A stretch of 64,000 nucleotides of DNA. It comes from Takakia lepidozioides. Lineage: Eukaryota; Plantae; Bryophyta. Numbering within the stretch: position 1 is the first letter of the stretch; the number at the start of each line of letters is the position of its first letter. The stretch lies in the NCBI GenBank assembly GCA_030704615.1, contig CM060731.1, positions 57,660,001 through 57,724,000 of the forward strand, read 5' to 3'. The position numbers were made by a program, and so were the translations under genes. Shown here one piece after another: positions 24,892-37,680 of the stretch. The notes under the pieces are model-generated. The model saw nothing but the letters and a program-made list of their open reading frames with translations. It did not search any database and was not told the origin of the DNA.

Positions 24892-26550
24892 TCAGAAACA
24901 GAGGGGACACCTGATCAAACCATTTTCGTTGCAATCTGGGCACCGTGCCACCTTGTTCGTGCATGTTAGGACCTTGCAGCTTCCACTGCACTCTGGACAT
25001 GGAACGAATCGGACTCCTCCACAACCATCACACTGTCTCCGAGTTGTCTCAGTGGGCATACCTTTGACCAGTTCGGCCAGCCTCCCTTCCTCATGCAGCT
25101 GGAGGACCTCCTCTATCCCTCCAATGTGGCATCCTTTGATAAAGACTCTTGGAACTGAAACTTGTTTCCCGAGGAGATCTTTCAGCTCCTGACGGAACTC
25201 AGCATGCATTGCTAGGTCCCTTTCATCGACTCGCACACTAAAGCCCTGCAGAATCATTCTCAAACTAGAGCAATTTTCAAATGTTTTCCTGATTCCACGC
25301 AAGCTAGTAGTATAGAGGACGACTCTCTCCTCTGCACCCGGAGGGCATTTCTTCTCAAACTTTTCCAGAGGCTCCGGACGTTCTATTGGCTTTCTGTCTT
25401 CCGTATTTAAAGGAGAAATCTTCGAGGAGGAAATTTTCCTGATACCCCCACCTCCCAATGAAGCCTCAAATTCAGTCCTTGACAATCCTGTTTCTCCGAC
25501 ACTCCTACCCAAGTCTGTATCGTGATGCCCTCCAAAGAAGGCCCATCCAATTGGACTGTCATCATCCGTGGTGCTTGCTGAAGACGAAGCACTGCCCTCC
25601 CCATCACAGCCCCTACCATTGTACCATCCATCATCCGACGAAGTGCGCTCTATCGAACTCGCAAAGGCCGCAACAATGTCGGGATCAAATAAGTTGTCTG
25701 CGTTGCTGTCTTCTCTTAGCTGACCTGGTGACTTTGGGATGAAGCTGTTCCTGGGAACTGCACGGCGGTTTGATTCTCGGGTGAGATCGGATTCGACTGA
25801 AGGTTCAATACTAGGAAGGACTCGATGTTCTCGATGACCTGCAGCATTAGAAGCTGTGCGGACACCATCCTTTGCATTCGCTGAAGGAGTTGGTGCCGGA
25901 TTTATCTCCAGATGGCTTAGAATGCTCGTATCGAACCCGGTCAGTGCATCAATCGATGAGAGGGAGCGAGTTCTTTCCAGACTTCTCACCCTCACTGTTG
26001 CAAGGGTAGTCTTCTCCACATTATGCACTTCATTCACTGTACTCGCGTCCCGCGGCTGCAAAAAGAAGGGAGAAATGCGAGGAGTCACATCATCAAGTCC
26101 CTCCATAAGCTCCCATGTGTTGATGACTTCTGGTTCCTCGTACTGATAAATGTTAGTGGTGTCTCTCAAAGGTTTCCTCTCCCCTTCTAATTTCTTTTTG
26201 ACCAAGCTGAACTTTTCGTCAGGGGGACTCTGGATCTCCATCTCGGACCATGGATTCTCAAAACCCTCTTCCCTCGATGGCGGCATCGAGTCCCACTTTT
26301 TCATCTTCTTGTACATGGGTCCATCCCCACGAGCGCCTGCAATGACAGCAGCAAGACCTCGATCCATATTCTCTGACTCGACCAGCTTCATGATGCCATA
26401 GGTGCTGGATGTCAGCGCTACCACATGGAAGTCGTATTGCATGTATGACTTCTTATGAGTGCGTGCCATGGACAAGCTTCTAGAGATTAGCCCTCCTCTC
26501 TCCCTATCTGAACCCAAAGTTGCCACGGACTTTGAAGACTTGCAGCCCAT
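24892..26550 (-). CDS. Glutaredoxin-domain protein with C-terminal Cys-rich domain (plant GRX-like family)
   Basis: Intact 552-aa ORF with an MGC N-terminus, 'HVVALTSSTYG', 'INTWELMEGL', 'VVLYTTSLRGIRKTFENC', 'VPRVFIKG.HIGG' and four CxxC motifs ending 'CNENGLIRCPLC'. Confidence 0.95.
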   Translation of the reverse strand: MGCKSSKSVATLGSDRERGGLISRSLSMARTHKKSYMQYDFHVVALTSSTYGIMKLVESENMDRGLAAVIAGARGDGPMYKKMKKWDSMPPSREEGFENPWSEMEIQSPPDEKFSLVKKKLEGERKPLRDTTNIYQYEEPEVINTWELMEGLDDVTPRISPFFLQPRDASTVNEVHNVEKTTLATVRVRSLERTRSLSSIDALTGFDTSILSHLEINPAPTPSANAKDGVRTASNAAGHREHRVLPSIEPSVESDLTRESNRRAVPRNSFIPKSPGQLREDSNADNLFDPDIVAAFASSIERTSSDDGWYNGRGCDGEGSASSSASTTDDDSPIGWAFFGGHHDTDLGRSVGETGLSRTEFEASLGGGGIRKISSSKISPLNTEDRKPIERPEPLEKFEKKCPPGAEERVVLYTTSLRGIRKTFENCSSLRMILQGFSVRVDERDLAMHAEFRQELKDLLGKQVSVPRVFIKGCHIGGIEEVLQLHEEGRLAELVKGMPTETTRRQCDGCGGVRFVPCPECSGSCKVLTCTNKVARCPDCNENGLIRCPLCF

Positions 26551-28323
26551 TTTGGAGTTCCGAATTCAAACCGGTTATCCTAAAGGTTTGCACGACATTT
26601 GTGGATCCACTCTTAAAATCTGGTACTAGACTCGCTCTGCCTTGGAAAAGGCAGAATGCAATCCTACCAAGCTCAATTGAATGCTGGCGTATCGCTTCTT
26701 CTGCCAGAGGTCCGCCAGACATATGTGAGGAACGGTACGTCAGCAAGGTTCGCAATGAACTGCGAGAACGAGCACACAAAGCATAATTCAGAGCGCATTC
26801 TCCAGATATCCTTCCCCCAATATCCCTTTCACTTGTAACGAAATGAAAAACCAGAACAAAACTAGCAATTTCAAATTCCCCCGAGCTCTTTCTCAAGTTG
26901 TCCTTGCCTGTGCGAAGAAATTGGGAGTCTCCCCCGTCAGCCACACTCAGCGCAACCCCGGCTCTTCCCCTCCAGCCCGATAGCTATGGCGGCGTCCTGG
27001 AAGGCGGCAGACGAGACGGAGAGACTGCTGATCCCCCGCAGCCGTCAAGCAGCGCGCTGGGCCCACTGCAGTGCGCGCCGCTGCCCGTTTCTTCAAAATT
27101 TCCCAACATCCAAGGAATGTTTCCAAATATTTATTTATTTCCAGCCTGCCCCCTTTCCAGCATTTTCTCGTTTGTAGTTTAGTGGGATCGCGGGTAGGTA
27201 CGGATGTGTATGCGACACAAATAGCAAAAACGAGGCAGTGATGAAGGCAGGAATAGTTTGGCAGACATTCAAATTTATAGCCATAGTTAGCAACAGGATG
27301 CAGGCAGCAGTAAATGCTCAAGGAACCCAGTCTGTACATACGGTTATGCAAGTCTTCGCATATCTATTAAGCACTGGATTTGGGTTTTCTTTTCTTTCTT
27401 TCTTTTTTTTTAACCTTTTTTTATAAAGTTAACAGGGGGATTGTAGCCCTGATAAATTTGATTGAAAGGTAAGAAAAAAATAACCTTACAAAGAGCCATA
27501 AGGCAGATTAATGAGGCACCACTCCGAACCAGGAACCTGCAAGGGAGGGGGGAGGAGAGAGGGAAACAAAGTAACTTAGAGTCACCTCAAAGATCCAAGC
27601 ACTGACCTGAAAGCCAGAAGGGAGGCTCCAGCAATCTCATTAAAAGCTACCAGAGAGCCAGCGTTCAGCAAGTCCATCTGAACTATACTAAACCTAAGCA
27701 ATCAAAGGCCAATCAAATAGCCTTTTCTTTTACTTTTACTTTTTTTCTTAAGAAAAAGAGAAGAGGGACTGAGGCCTTAAAACTTTTTTTCTTTTTTTCT
27801 TTTTTGGATTAACAGGGGATGCCTTTTGAGTTTTATTCAGAATTATTGAGGGGAAAAAAATTAAAACCCCGATTACGCCATAAGGCACACACACCGTTTT
27901 CAGTGAAAGGAGAACCTATCCTCTCATGCGGAGAGACTGATCAAGAATCCATAGCGAACTGCTAGACTAATTTCAAGGTTCTAATAAGCTGGAACGAATC
28001 TTAAGGGCCGATGTTGAAAGAAGAGACCAAGGCCTAATTGAGTGCCGGGTTCCTATCTAAGAGCGCAAGTGTGGAAAAAGCATGTGGGGACTTACAGTAA
28101 CCAAAGCGAAACACGAAACTTTATATAGAAGGACATGAAGTCCAGAAAATACAGAGGAAAAAATAACCTCTAAACCAAGTGCCATGGAGGCTGATCTAGG
28201 AAGGCCAACTTTTTTGTATAATGGTTTTTTAACAGATTGATTCTGGTGGCATTTGGCCTTGCAGCCCACACCGTAATGCCATGTGGAAAGGTTGTAGCAC
28301 CGAATGGATCCAAAACACACCTA

Positions 28324-28836
28324 CCGTAGTGGGATAGCCGGTTATTCACTTGCCTGCCTAATAATTATTTTTGGGGCCATTTGGCAGTTAGGCACCTTTG
28401 AGAAAAAAATTTAAATTAGGCATCTTGGATGTATAATTTTTTCAAATTATGAAATTAAGAATAATAGTCACCAAGTGAAAACATAAAATATAAAAATACA
28501 GCCGCTGCCATGGATGAAAATTGAAAACTGAGTCCATGGATGACGTTTTAAATGAAAACTCAGCCGCTGCCATGGATGCAAATTGAAAACTTAGCCCATG
28601 GATGACGTTTTAAAGGAATATCATTCTAAATGGATGTCATTTTTAGATTTGTTTTCCATAGTTTTCTAATTGAAATTCAAGTTTTTATACCATAGGCACT
28701 TTTAGAGAAATTTTTGAAAATTGGGCACTCTTTGAAGATATATTTTTTAAATTAGGCACTCTTGTCAAAATATTTTATTTTGATTAGGCACTTTTTTTTC
28801 GAATTAATTTCTGCCTAACCGGCTATCCCACTACAG
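28324..28836. mobile_element. Tc1/mariner-type MITE
   Basis: 21-bp TIR C(C/T)GTAGTGGGATAGCCGGTTA, flanked by TA on both sides. Confidence 0.85.
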
Positions 28837-31800
28837 TAATAGGTATATCCGTCCAAGTCGCATCCGTCGCATAGGAATCACTGACTACTTCCCAAAATCA
28901 AACTTCTAGAGGCTTTAAAGTATTCTTAGTAGACGACAATCATGATCACAGTTCAATATGTTGAGTAGAGAAGGGCCATGTCACGTATAATATTTAATAA
29001 ATTAATTTTTAAGTATGAGGTATTGAGTTATTCTCATCAATATATGAAGTAAGGTACTTTGTTTGTTTGTTTTGTTTTGTTTTTAGCGTTGAGATCTCCG
29101 CAAACCGCGGACCCAGCCCTTCTCTTTTGTCATGGTTTTTATCATGGTTAACTAGAATTACCTACTTCTAGTTAACTAGGATATTTTGGATATTCATATT
29201 TGTATTTTGTGTGTTGGGACTTCATTTGGTCTCACATGCCAAGTGAGGTGTCAAACCTCACTTGGGACATGGGGATGGGTTTTCCCCTTGTGAGCGTTGA
29301 GGATGGCTCATCTTCTGGTAGTTGAGCCTCCATGAGCCTCTCCCACCTCCATAGCTCTAGGTATTGAGTGGGAGTGTGGTGAGGGCTTTGTAGGGTGGAT
29401 TCCTTTAGCAAAGGTGCCCTTGGCTTGACTTAGTTTATGTGATTGAGTGGATTCATGAGTGGAGTGTTTCCCTTGTGCTCACTTTCATTTTCACTACCAG
29501 AAGATGACCTTATGCCTGTGAGTGCGGAGTGTAAGGGTTAGTTTAGCACTTGTGTGTTGAAGAGCTTGGGAAGATAGCTCTTGTGTTGCAAGGTGTTACA
29601 TATATTGCAAAGGAAAATCCTTGTGGTGTTAGGGCTTTGAGAGATATTGCTTTGCCCTAAGGAGGTGGAGAGCTCAAAGATGGAGCTCTTGTAGATCACA
29701 AGCCTTTGCAAGGAAAGGTACTTGTGGTGTTACACCAAGGTGTTGGAGAGCTCAAGAATGAGCTTGTTGCCACAAGATTTGCAAGGATTGCAAGAGAGAA
29801 GTCTTGTGTGTGTAGAAGCACGGATTCTAGGGTTTGAGAATCTTTTCAATGCATTATGGAGTCAATGATGTGTGCCATGGCTTGTGGAGAGCAACTAAAT
29901 GATTGTTAGTACTCATTTCACTATCAATCTAGGGTTAAGCAAGCTCAAGTATGGATGTTGTGGAAGAGAAGCCAAGAAGCTACATAAGCTTGGGCTTGAA
30001 GACAACAAGGGCAAGCACTTGGAGAGCATTAGGAAGCTCAAGAGGTTTGAAGGGAAGCATATAAGTGAAAATTCTATCCATGATGATGTGAAACCAAGCC
30101 TAGAGCATTGAAGAGCTTAGAGCACATGTGGGAGATCATTGGAGGTGGCCTTCATGAAGAAAAGAGATTGTGGCTCAAGGCATGCATAACAACTTCAACC
30201 ATAGACTAGCATGTGACAAGACAAGGAAGGGGAAGGTGAAGCTCATGTATTCATTCCCTTTTGGCTTAAGTTTTGTGGTGGATGGTTGATCAAGCAAGTG
30301 ATGCTTATGTGGAGCATGCTTCCCAAGTGTGGCTTCCAGCTTGAGGAGAGCTAGAAGGTGAAGGGAGCAAGTTGATTCCCTTGTGTATGAAGTGATGCAT
30401 GTGTGGAGCATGCTTTGGGCTTGAGCAAGCTTGAGAGGAGTGACTCTTGAGCTAGCAAGTGAAGGGAGCTTGAAAGACCAAGGCTTGAGAGGAGACAAGG
30501 CTTGGTGGCTTGCCAAAGGAGGTACAAGCTTGATTTTGAGTTCCAATGAGAAATTGAGCTTGTTGTATGGCCAATGCATTGCTGGTTGAGTTAGAGACAA
30601 ACTTGAGTAGCTTAAGGTGAAGAAGATCAAGGGAATTTGCCTTGGTACCCCATAGAATTCATGGATGCTTGAGGGGATTAAGCATAGAGCCCCAAGGAGC
30701 ACAAACCCTAGCTTGGTAAGGCTAAACCTCAAGGAAATAGAGGGGCAAGTGGCTAAAGCCTAGGGGAAAATGGCTAAACCCAGGGGGAAATGGCTAAACC
30801 CGAGGGAAATGAACTACTCTATGAGGGGGAAATGGCTATTCCTAAGGAGAATACAAGGGAAATACAAGGGGAATACGTATAGGCCCAGGAGAATATTGGG
30901 GGAATACTATGGCATATTCTTAGGAATACTCCTAGGGAACTTATTGGGAACCCATTGGGAACTTGGGAACGCATTGAGAACATGGTGACATAGGAAGAGT
31001 CCTCGGAGGACTGTTTGGAGGACCATTGGGAGTCCTTGGAAGACTGTTTAGGGTCCTTGGGGGACCAGTTGGAGTCCTTGGAGGACTGTTTGGGGTCCTT
31101 GGAGGACCATTTGGAGGACCATTTGGAGTTCTTTGGAGGACTATTTGGGGTCCTTGGAGGCCAATATTTGGCGAGCTTGAGAAGTCTTTGGCGACTTGTG
31201 TGAGGGACTATTTGGGGTCCTCGAGGGCTAAGTTTTGGCAGGCTCTTGGGGCCTTGGTGTACTGTTTTGGAGTCCCATTGTGCAAGGATTGGGAGCCTTA
31301 GTGAGATTGTTTGAGAGACATATTCTTGAGGGCTTCTGGAGAGTTATTTGAGAGACCCTTGAAAGGTAGTCTTGTCTATTGTTCAAGCAAGAGAGTGTGG
31401 AGATAGGGTAGTGGGATGAGGGCATGCTGGGATTAGGAATTGCTTTAGTCTCTCTTACTTGTAGTCTTTCACCCTCTCTGTAGGCCAAAACCTTTCCGTA
31501 GGTGGAGGCAAGAGTCAGTCCGGGTTTGGGCTGGGGTGTCATTGTAGGAGCGACACTGTGGAGTGTTTTTGGTGTGGGGGAGTTGCTGTTTTGTTTTTCT
31601 TGTGTTTGGATCCCCTCCACACCTGCATGCTTGACTGTGCGCCATGTTAGCTTTGTGTGGGCGTTTGTTTTCATAGGAGGTTGGTCCGGATTTGATCACC
31701 GGCCAATCCTAGAGCGTGCTGTCGGTGGTGAGGCTGGGGTGATGACCAGTCAGACCATAATTGTTTATCTTCTAGTGAGGTTGGGTTGATGACCAGCAGA

Positions 31801-31958
31801 CTATATGAGTACTTGCAGTGGATGCAGGCGCAGGTTTATGTTACGAACCTAGTAGTTTAAGCCATAAGCCGCAACTGGTTCTCTACCCGGTTACCTTGTG
31901 GAAAGGGGGATTAGAGACAGGTTTACAACAGGTGTGGTTGTGAGTTTTCATCACGGAG

Positions 31959-33850
31959 GTGCCACTAGTTGCTGAGGAGAGTACCGGTACGAGCACCAGC
32001 AATACTAGTTGGTATACAAGACGAGGTGTGCGGTTTAGGCCACCTTCACCTTCAGTGTCTTCTGAGGAAGGTTCAGACTCAGAGTCAGGAGGATTCTCGC
32101 CGAGGGTGCAAGCCATTTCCGTGCCATTATTGTGGGATACAATGGAGGAAATGTAGGGAGCTACTAAGGGGCCACAACGGTACTCTGGAGCTGTGGGTAC
32201 CATCGAGCTTGATGATTTCATACAGGAGTTTGATAGTTGGTGTGATTTGCAGCAGATGCGTAATCCACAACTGTTTACGCCTTTTATGGCGTGAAAGGGG
32301 CTGTTTCAGCACCTTGAGGGGCCGCCTATGATGACTACCATGAGTTTAGGCGGGGACATGAGGTGGAGATTGAGAAATGACAGGTGTATTGGTCACCTGA
32401 CTATGTCTCCATCACTAGAGGCATAAGGGCAGTGGTGACACCGGCAGCTACACCGGCAGCTTCTGCAAGCAGCAGTGGGACGTCAAGTGGAACAGGAGCT
32501 GGGAAGTCCACCCAAGCTCCTGCTGCAGCACCAACACCCGTGCCTGCCTTTAACCCAGTTGTGGAGTTCTTCGAGGAGTTGAGGAGAAACTACCAAGAGA
32601 TAAGGACAGAGAAGTTGCGGAGCTTGCAAGAGTTCCAACGAAGGTCTACTGAGAGTTTGAGGGAGGCTTACACTTGCATAAGGCGCTTGATTAACGTAAC
32701 CCAAGGGGTTACATAAGCTTAGGCAGTCCAATTCCGGTATGGGATATTGGACAAGGAGCTGAGGAGAAGGGTGCGGGTCTCCTACAAGTGGCCCAACCTA
32801 CCTTAGCAAACGTGTTTTTGCTGGTAGAGCGGATAGAGCTCAATATGGTGGAGGAGCGAGTGGTCATGGTGGGGTTTGGTAAGGAGACACAACGAAGTGG
32901 GGCTCCTAGCCAACAACAACCACTACCCCAACGTGCTCAAGGCAACAAAGGGGCTCAGGCGAAGCCTAGGGAAGGGCCGAGAGGATCTCAATTGCAGAGG
33001 TCACTTCCTTCATTCTTAGGCCAACAACAGTCGGGTGTGACATGTTGGGATTGTGGAGGACCCCATGTTAAGAGAGATTGCCCGGAGAGAGTCAAAGGGC
33101 CGGCACAGGCACAGCCTACACAACTACAATGTGGGCATTGTGGCAAGTATGGGCATGAAGTGGCCCATTGTTATGACTTGCATCCTGAGCTACGGCCAGG
33201 CCAGTTCCAAGGGAACAATGGTGGCCGAGGACGAGGCAATGTAGTCCAGAGAGGTAGATGAGGCAGAGGTCGTGGTGGAGGTCGTAACCAAAACCAAGGA
33301 GCACAGGGTCACGGTCAAGGTCATGACCAAGGCATGGTAGATAGGCTTGCCCAGCTAGAACAACGTCTTGCTACCATGGCCACTACTCATGTTGCGCCAG
33401 CTCCAAGGCCTGAGGTTCAAGCCCCACTTGCACAACCTCCTATGCCTAGGGAAGACCAGATTGGTATGGGCTTCATGTGTGGAGCCGATGTATCGGCACT
33501 ATCTACGGGGATAACGGATAAGGTGCAATGCATGAATGCCCTGGATTCAAGGGTGAAGACAACCACAGCTGCGCCGTGGCAAGCGGTAGCTGCAAGGTTG
33601 CAGAAGTTGCCAGCTAGGCCAGCCATTGAGCGCAGTATGGTGACTCCTGGGGTAGTCCTGGTGGACAATCAGGATGGTGTGTTTCAGTTGGGTGGCCTAG
33701 CTGGGAGGAGGTATAGGCCACTGCAAGTCTTGTTGGACTCGGGAGCACAGCCATTGATGTTGGGGAAAGCAGCAATTGCAGGCTTGGGCCTTACAGAGGC
33801 GGATTTGGAGCCTTACCCTTTCCAAATTCAAACATCTTTGGGCGGTTCAT
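31959..33850 (+). pseudogene. gag (two zinc knuckles) and aspartic protease of family-1 element
   Basis: CWDCGGPHVKRDC, CGHCGKYGHEVAHC and 'VLLDSGAQP'. Several stops and frameshifts. Confidence 0.88.
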
Positions 33851-34440
33851 AGAAGACACGAGGGATTACACGCCATGAGCTCTTCATTCGATTGCAGCCA
33901 GATCATCCTACAGATGGCTCTGTCATGAGAGCTAAAGCCATTGTTACGGACGCGATGTCTTATGATGTGGGGGCTGTGTTATACCTGATGGGCTTTACTT
34001 TGGACTTTTGGGAGGAAACAACATCCTACAGGCCGGAATGGCAGTCAGGGGATGGTCGACGTGCACTGCTCCCAGTGCGGTTTATTGGGAATGTAGCGGT
34101 GGATCATAGGAACATGATGCCCACATTGGCTGCATTCTCAGGGGTGGTGGCTTGGGGTGATGAGCTCTTGGAGGGCAATAGCCATGCAGATGATAGGCCA
34201 CCACTTGATGAGGACAAACAATTGGCATACAAAGCTGATTTGCTTCCTCATGTGCCTATTCATATTCTACTGTGGGGTACAGTTAGGAATTTGCATCGAG
34301 TAGCAAGCGAGTGTGTGCACCAAGCATGGCAGGAGGCCTATCCATTAGTGAGTGAGGGGAGTTCAGTGACATCACCTGGACCTCCTCAGTTAGCTCATTT
34401 GGACACAGTGCCCATTACCTGGCAACCACCTGACTCAGGG

Positions 34441-35305
34441 ATTTGTTTGCTAGACATGTTTGGAGGTATGAGCACTGGTCTTGCAGGAGTGTTGCAAGCA
34501 GGGATTAAAGTACGCAAGTACTTGTATGTGGAGAAGGATGAGATAGCTTGGCGTATTAATATGCGTCACATCGCCTTGCTCACACACCGGTATCCTGAGT
34601 TGTTGCATTTCTCAGCAATTCAAGGGTATCAAAAGGCCTTGCCAGCAGACATTATCTTGCTGGGGGCGGATGATTTGGACCGGCATAGTGCCATTGACTT
34701 GGTGATAGCTGGATGGCCTTGCCAATGACATTCTCTCGTAGGTCATGGGAATGGCTTGCATGATGCACGATCGCATTTGTTTTGGGAGATGTTGCGAGTG
34801 TTGCGGGACTTGCAGGTGAGGCAAGTGCAACCTCTAGGCTATATCTTGGAGAATGTTCCTCTTATGGGGGATTCTCGGGCCAGGGTAATGGCCAGTGTGC
34901 ATCAGGTGCGGTCTTGGATTGGATTGGCGGTGCTATTGGATGCAGCAGCAATGGGATCACGCGCGCATCGATCTTGATTGTGGTGGACCAATCTTGCACC
35001 ACCAGAGCTACTCAAGAGAGCATATGATTCCATTCAACGGCCACCCAATCTCACGGTTGAGGGCATTTTGGACCAAAGGAGGCAACCACAGAGGGTGCAA
35101 CATGATGACCGTCCACCTCTAGCAGTGGTCAATCGAGTGGGGCAGCCACGTACAGCTTTGCCTACGCTCATGAGCTTTCCCTCGTCTCATGCTTTTCGAG
35201 ACAATGGTCATGGGTTGATTTGGGACAGTGTGCTACAGCAATTGGTGGAGACCAATGCGGATGAGCGCGAGCGGGTGGGGTTTGCCACGGGCACTACATC
35301 TGTGC
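34441..35305 (+). pseudogene. Retrotransposon-encoded DNMT3-like C5 cytosine methyltransferase domain
   Basis: Motif I LLDMFGGMSTG, II YVEKD, IV LVIAGWPCQ, VI ILENV, VIII SRAHRS*LWWTNL, IX ERERVGF. In-frame stops are present. Confidence 0.88.
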
Positions 35306-35399
35306 CAGCTCAACATGAGAAGGATTGCTTGTACCAATGGCGGTTCCTACAACGAGCCAAGAGGTTCAAGTGGGAGGGGACTCACCTACTCCAAGTATG

Positions 35400-35593
35400 G
35401 GAGGATAGATCCCAACCTTGCAGTGGTATTTGCAGGATTGCATTGCATGCTATGTGGGCATGTTGGTAGTGCTGCCACCATGTTAGTGTGTGACAAATGC
35501 TCAAGGGGGTGGCACATGGGATGCTTGACACCGCCACTTGAGGACGTTCCTAGTGGAGAATGGTTGTGTCCACGATGCCTTAGACATAGGTAG
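35400..35593 (+). pseudogene. PHD finger (C-terminal extension of integrase)
   Basis: CMLC...VCDKCSRGWHMGCLTPPLEDVPSGEWLCPRC (C4HC3). Confidence 0.92.
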
Positions 35594-36389
35594 TGGGCAT
35601 GACAATGGTGGAGTTGCCAAGTGATCCAAGGTCTAGCTGGTAGGAGTTCAATGCCATAGATACTCAACTGAAGATCATGGATTGCATGAAGGCGACTAAC
35701 GATGGGGCTACGTTTGCACCCGGCCTCTTGATCTATCGACTTTAGGTGTTGGGACTTGTGCAATTGAAGACCAAACGATGATTTTATTGAGATGGATACT
35801 TGTCAGCTATCCGGTGTTAGAGGGACCTAAGCACCAGCTAGGGGGGCGATTGTGGCATAGCTTTCTAGGATTGTGTGCTTAGAGTGTATGGTGGACAGCG
35901 ATGTATGTTGTGGCACGATGCTTAGGTGCACGACAGCTGTCATGGTTTTGGTCATGGTTAACTAGAATTACCTACTTCTAGTTAACTAGGATATTTTGGA
36001 TATTCATATTTGTATTTTGTGTGTTGGGACTTCATTTGGTCTCACATGCCAAGTGAGGTGTCAAACCTCACTTGGGACATGGGGATGGGTTTTCCCCTTG
36101 TGAGCGTTGAGGAGGGTTCATCTTCTGGTAGTTGAGCCTCCATGAGCCTCTCCCACCTCCATAGCTCTAGGTATTGAGTGGGAGTGTGGTGAGGGCATTG
36201 TAGGGTGGATTTCTTTAGCAAAGGTGCCCTTGGCTTGACTTAGTTTATGTGATTGAGTGGATTCATGAGTGGAGTGTTTTCCTTGTGTTCACTTTCATTT
36301 TCATTGTGGCATAGCTTTCTAGGATTGTGTGCTTAGAATGTATGGTGGACAGCGATGTATGTTGTGGCACGATGCTTATGTGCACGACA

Positions 36390-37680
36390 CCTTGGTACCT
36401 TTGGAAAACTCTCGATGACCTCCCGCAATGTGGGAGTTGCGTCCGGCGGACGCTTGCGTCCAGTTTGCCCCGGCCATTAGGATGAGGAGGGGTACACACC
36501 GGCTTGGTCTCATGATTTTTGGACCTGTTGTGTGGGAGATATCGAATTTCAAGTACATTAGGTCGCTGGAAATTCGCAAAAAATAGCAAAGTGGGCTTTC
36601 CTGCAACAATGATTGGCCCTTCATTTGTCTTTTGTGCCCGTGGACATAAATATAAATTGGGCTTTTTGGAAATACTGGCGTTTCACAATATTGTTTGTAG
36701 CGTCCTTGAGATCTCCCAAATTGCGGGCCCAAATGTACTACAATGCTTGGTGCCATTGGAAAGCCCTCCATGAGGACAGGTGCACCGACTCGGTTTCACA
36801 AAAGTTGGACCTATGGGCCGAGAATTATAGAAATATGAACAAGTTTTGGTGGTTGCTGAAAATTCAACTAAATTACAAAATTAAGTGTTGGAATGACATT
36901 GGAGGTCACACTTGGGCCTCTACATTGGAGATGCACTTCGATACATAGGAGATTGCACTTGGGCTTAGATGGGCCTTAATATAGTAGACGCACTTGGATA
37001 CATATGAAATTGCACTTGGTTTTAGATTCCAATTCTTCACACATGGGCCAATGACAGAGGATACCTAGTCAATATATGAAGCAAGGTAGTTTGTTTGTTT
37101 GTTTTGTTTTATTTGTTTGTTTTGTAGCGTTGAGATGCCCCAAACCGCTGGTGCTTGGTACCGTTGGAAAGCCCTCAACGAAGAGGGATACACATGCTTG
37201 GTCTCATGATTTTCAGAAATGCAGTGTGGGAGATATGGAATTTCAAGTACTTTTGGTCGTCGGAAATTCGTGAAAAATAGCAAAGTGGCCTTTCTTAGAA
37301 CAATGATTGGATAAATTACTGCTCAATAAATTCATGGAAAAAAAAAAATCTGATCTTTTCAATATATGAAGCAAGGTTGTTTGTTTGTTTTTTGTTTTGT
37401 CTTGTAGCATTGAGATCTCCCAAACCGCAGGCCCAACCATGCTGCTTGGTACCGTTGGAAAGCCCTCGATGAGAAGGGGTGGAGTGACTTGGTCTCATGA
37501 TTTGTGAACATGCGGTGTGGGAGATAATGATGGAATTTCAAGTACTTTTGATCATCGGAAATTCGTAAAAAAAAGCAAAGTGGGCTTTCCTACAACAATG
37601 ATTGGCCCGAGACTTATGGAATTATAAACATTTTTTCAACTAAATTACAAAATCAAGTGTTGGAAGGACAGTGGAGGTTG
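36390..37680. repeat. Dispersed non-coding repeat in several tandem degenerate units (also 29050-29127 and 60130-60730)
   Basis: Recurring GAGATCTCCCAAACCGC...TTGGTACCGTTGGAAAGCCCTC...GTGGGAGATATGGAATTTCAAGTAC with (GTTT)n tracts. Confidence 0.75.

Larger units (their letters stand above)
29128..36389 (+). mobile_element. Split-direct-repeat Gypsy retrotransposon, family 1, internally deleted (gag-PR-DNMT-PHD)
   Basis: A1 29128-29493, PPT 35840-35850, B1 35851-35935, GC, A2 35938-36303, T, B2 36305-36389. Ends TGTCATG...CACGACA. Flanks CTTT/CCTT (4-bp TSD with 1 mismatch). It interrupts a dispersed repeat. Confidence 0.92.

Noticed and set aside
34441-35305. Host DNMT/DRM gene or bacterial restriction-modification contamination
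   Set aside because: Intronless, in the pol frame and at the same position in two divergent elements.
29128-36389. DIRS/Ngaro/PAT classification suggested by the split repeats and a methyltransferase
   Set aside because: The related element has a protease, Gypsy RT/RH, a DDE integrase and a TSD. No tyrosine recombinase was seen, and the MTase is C5-type rather than the adenine-type MT of DIRS.
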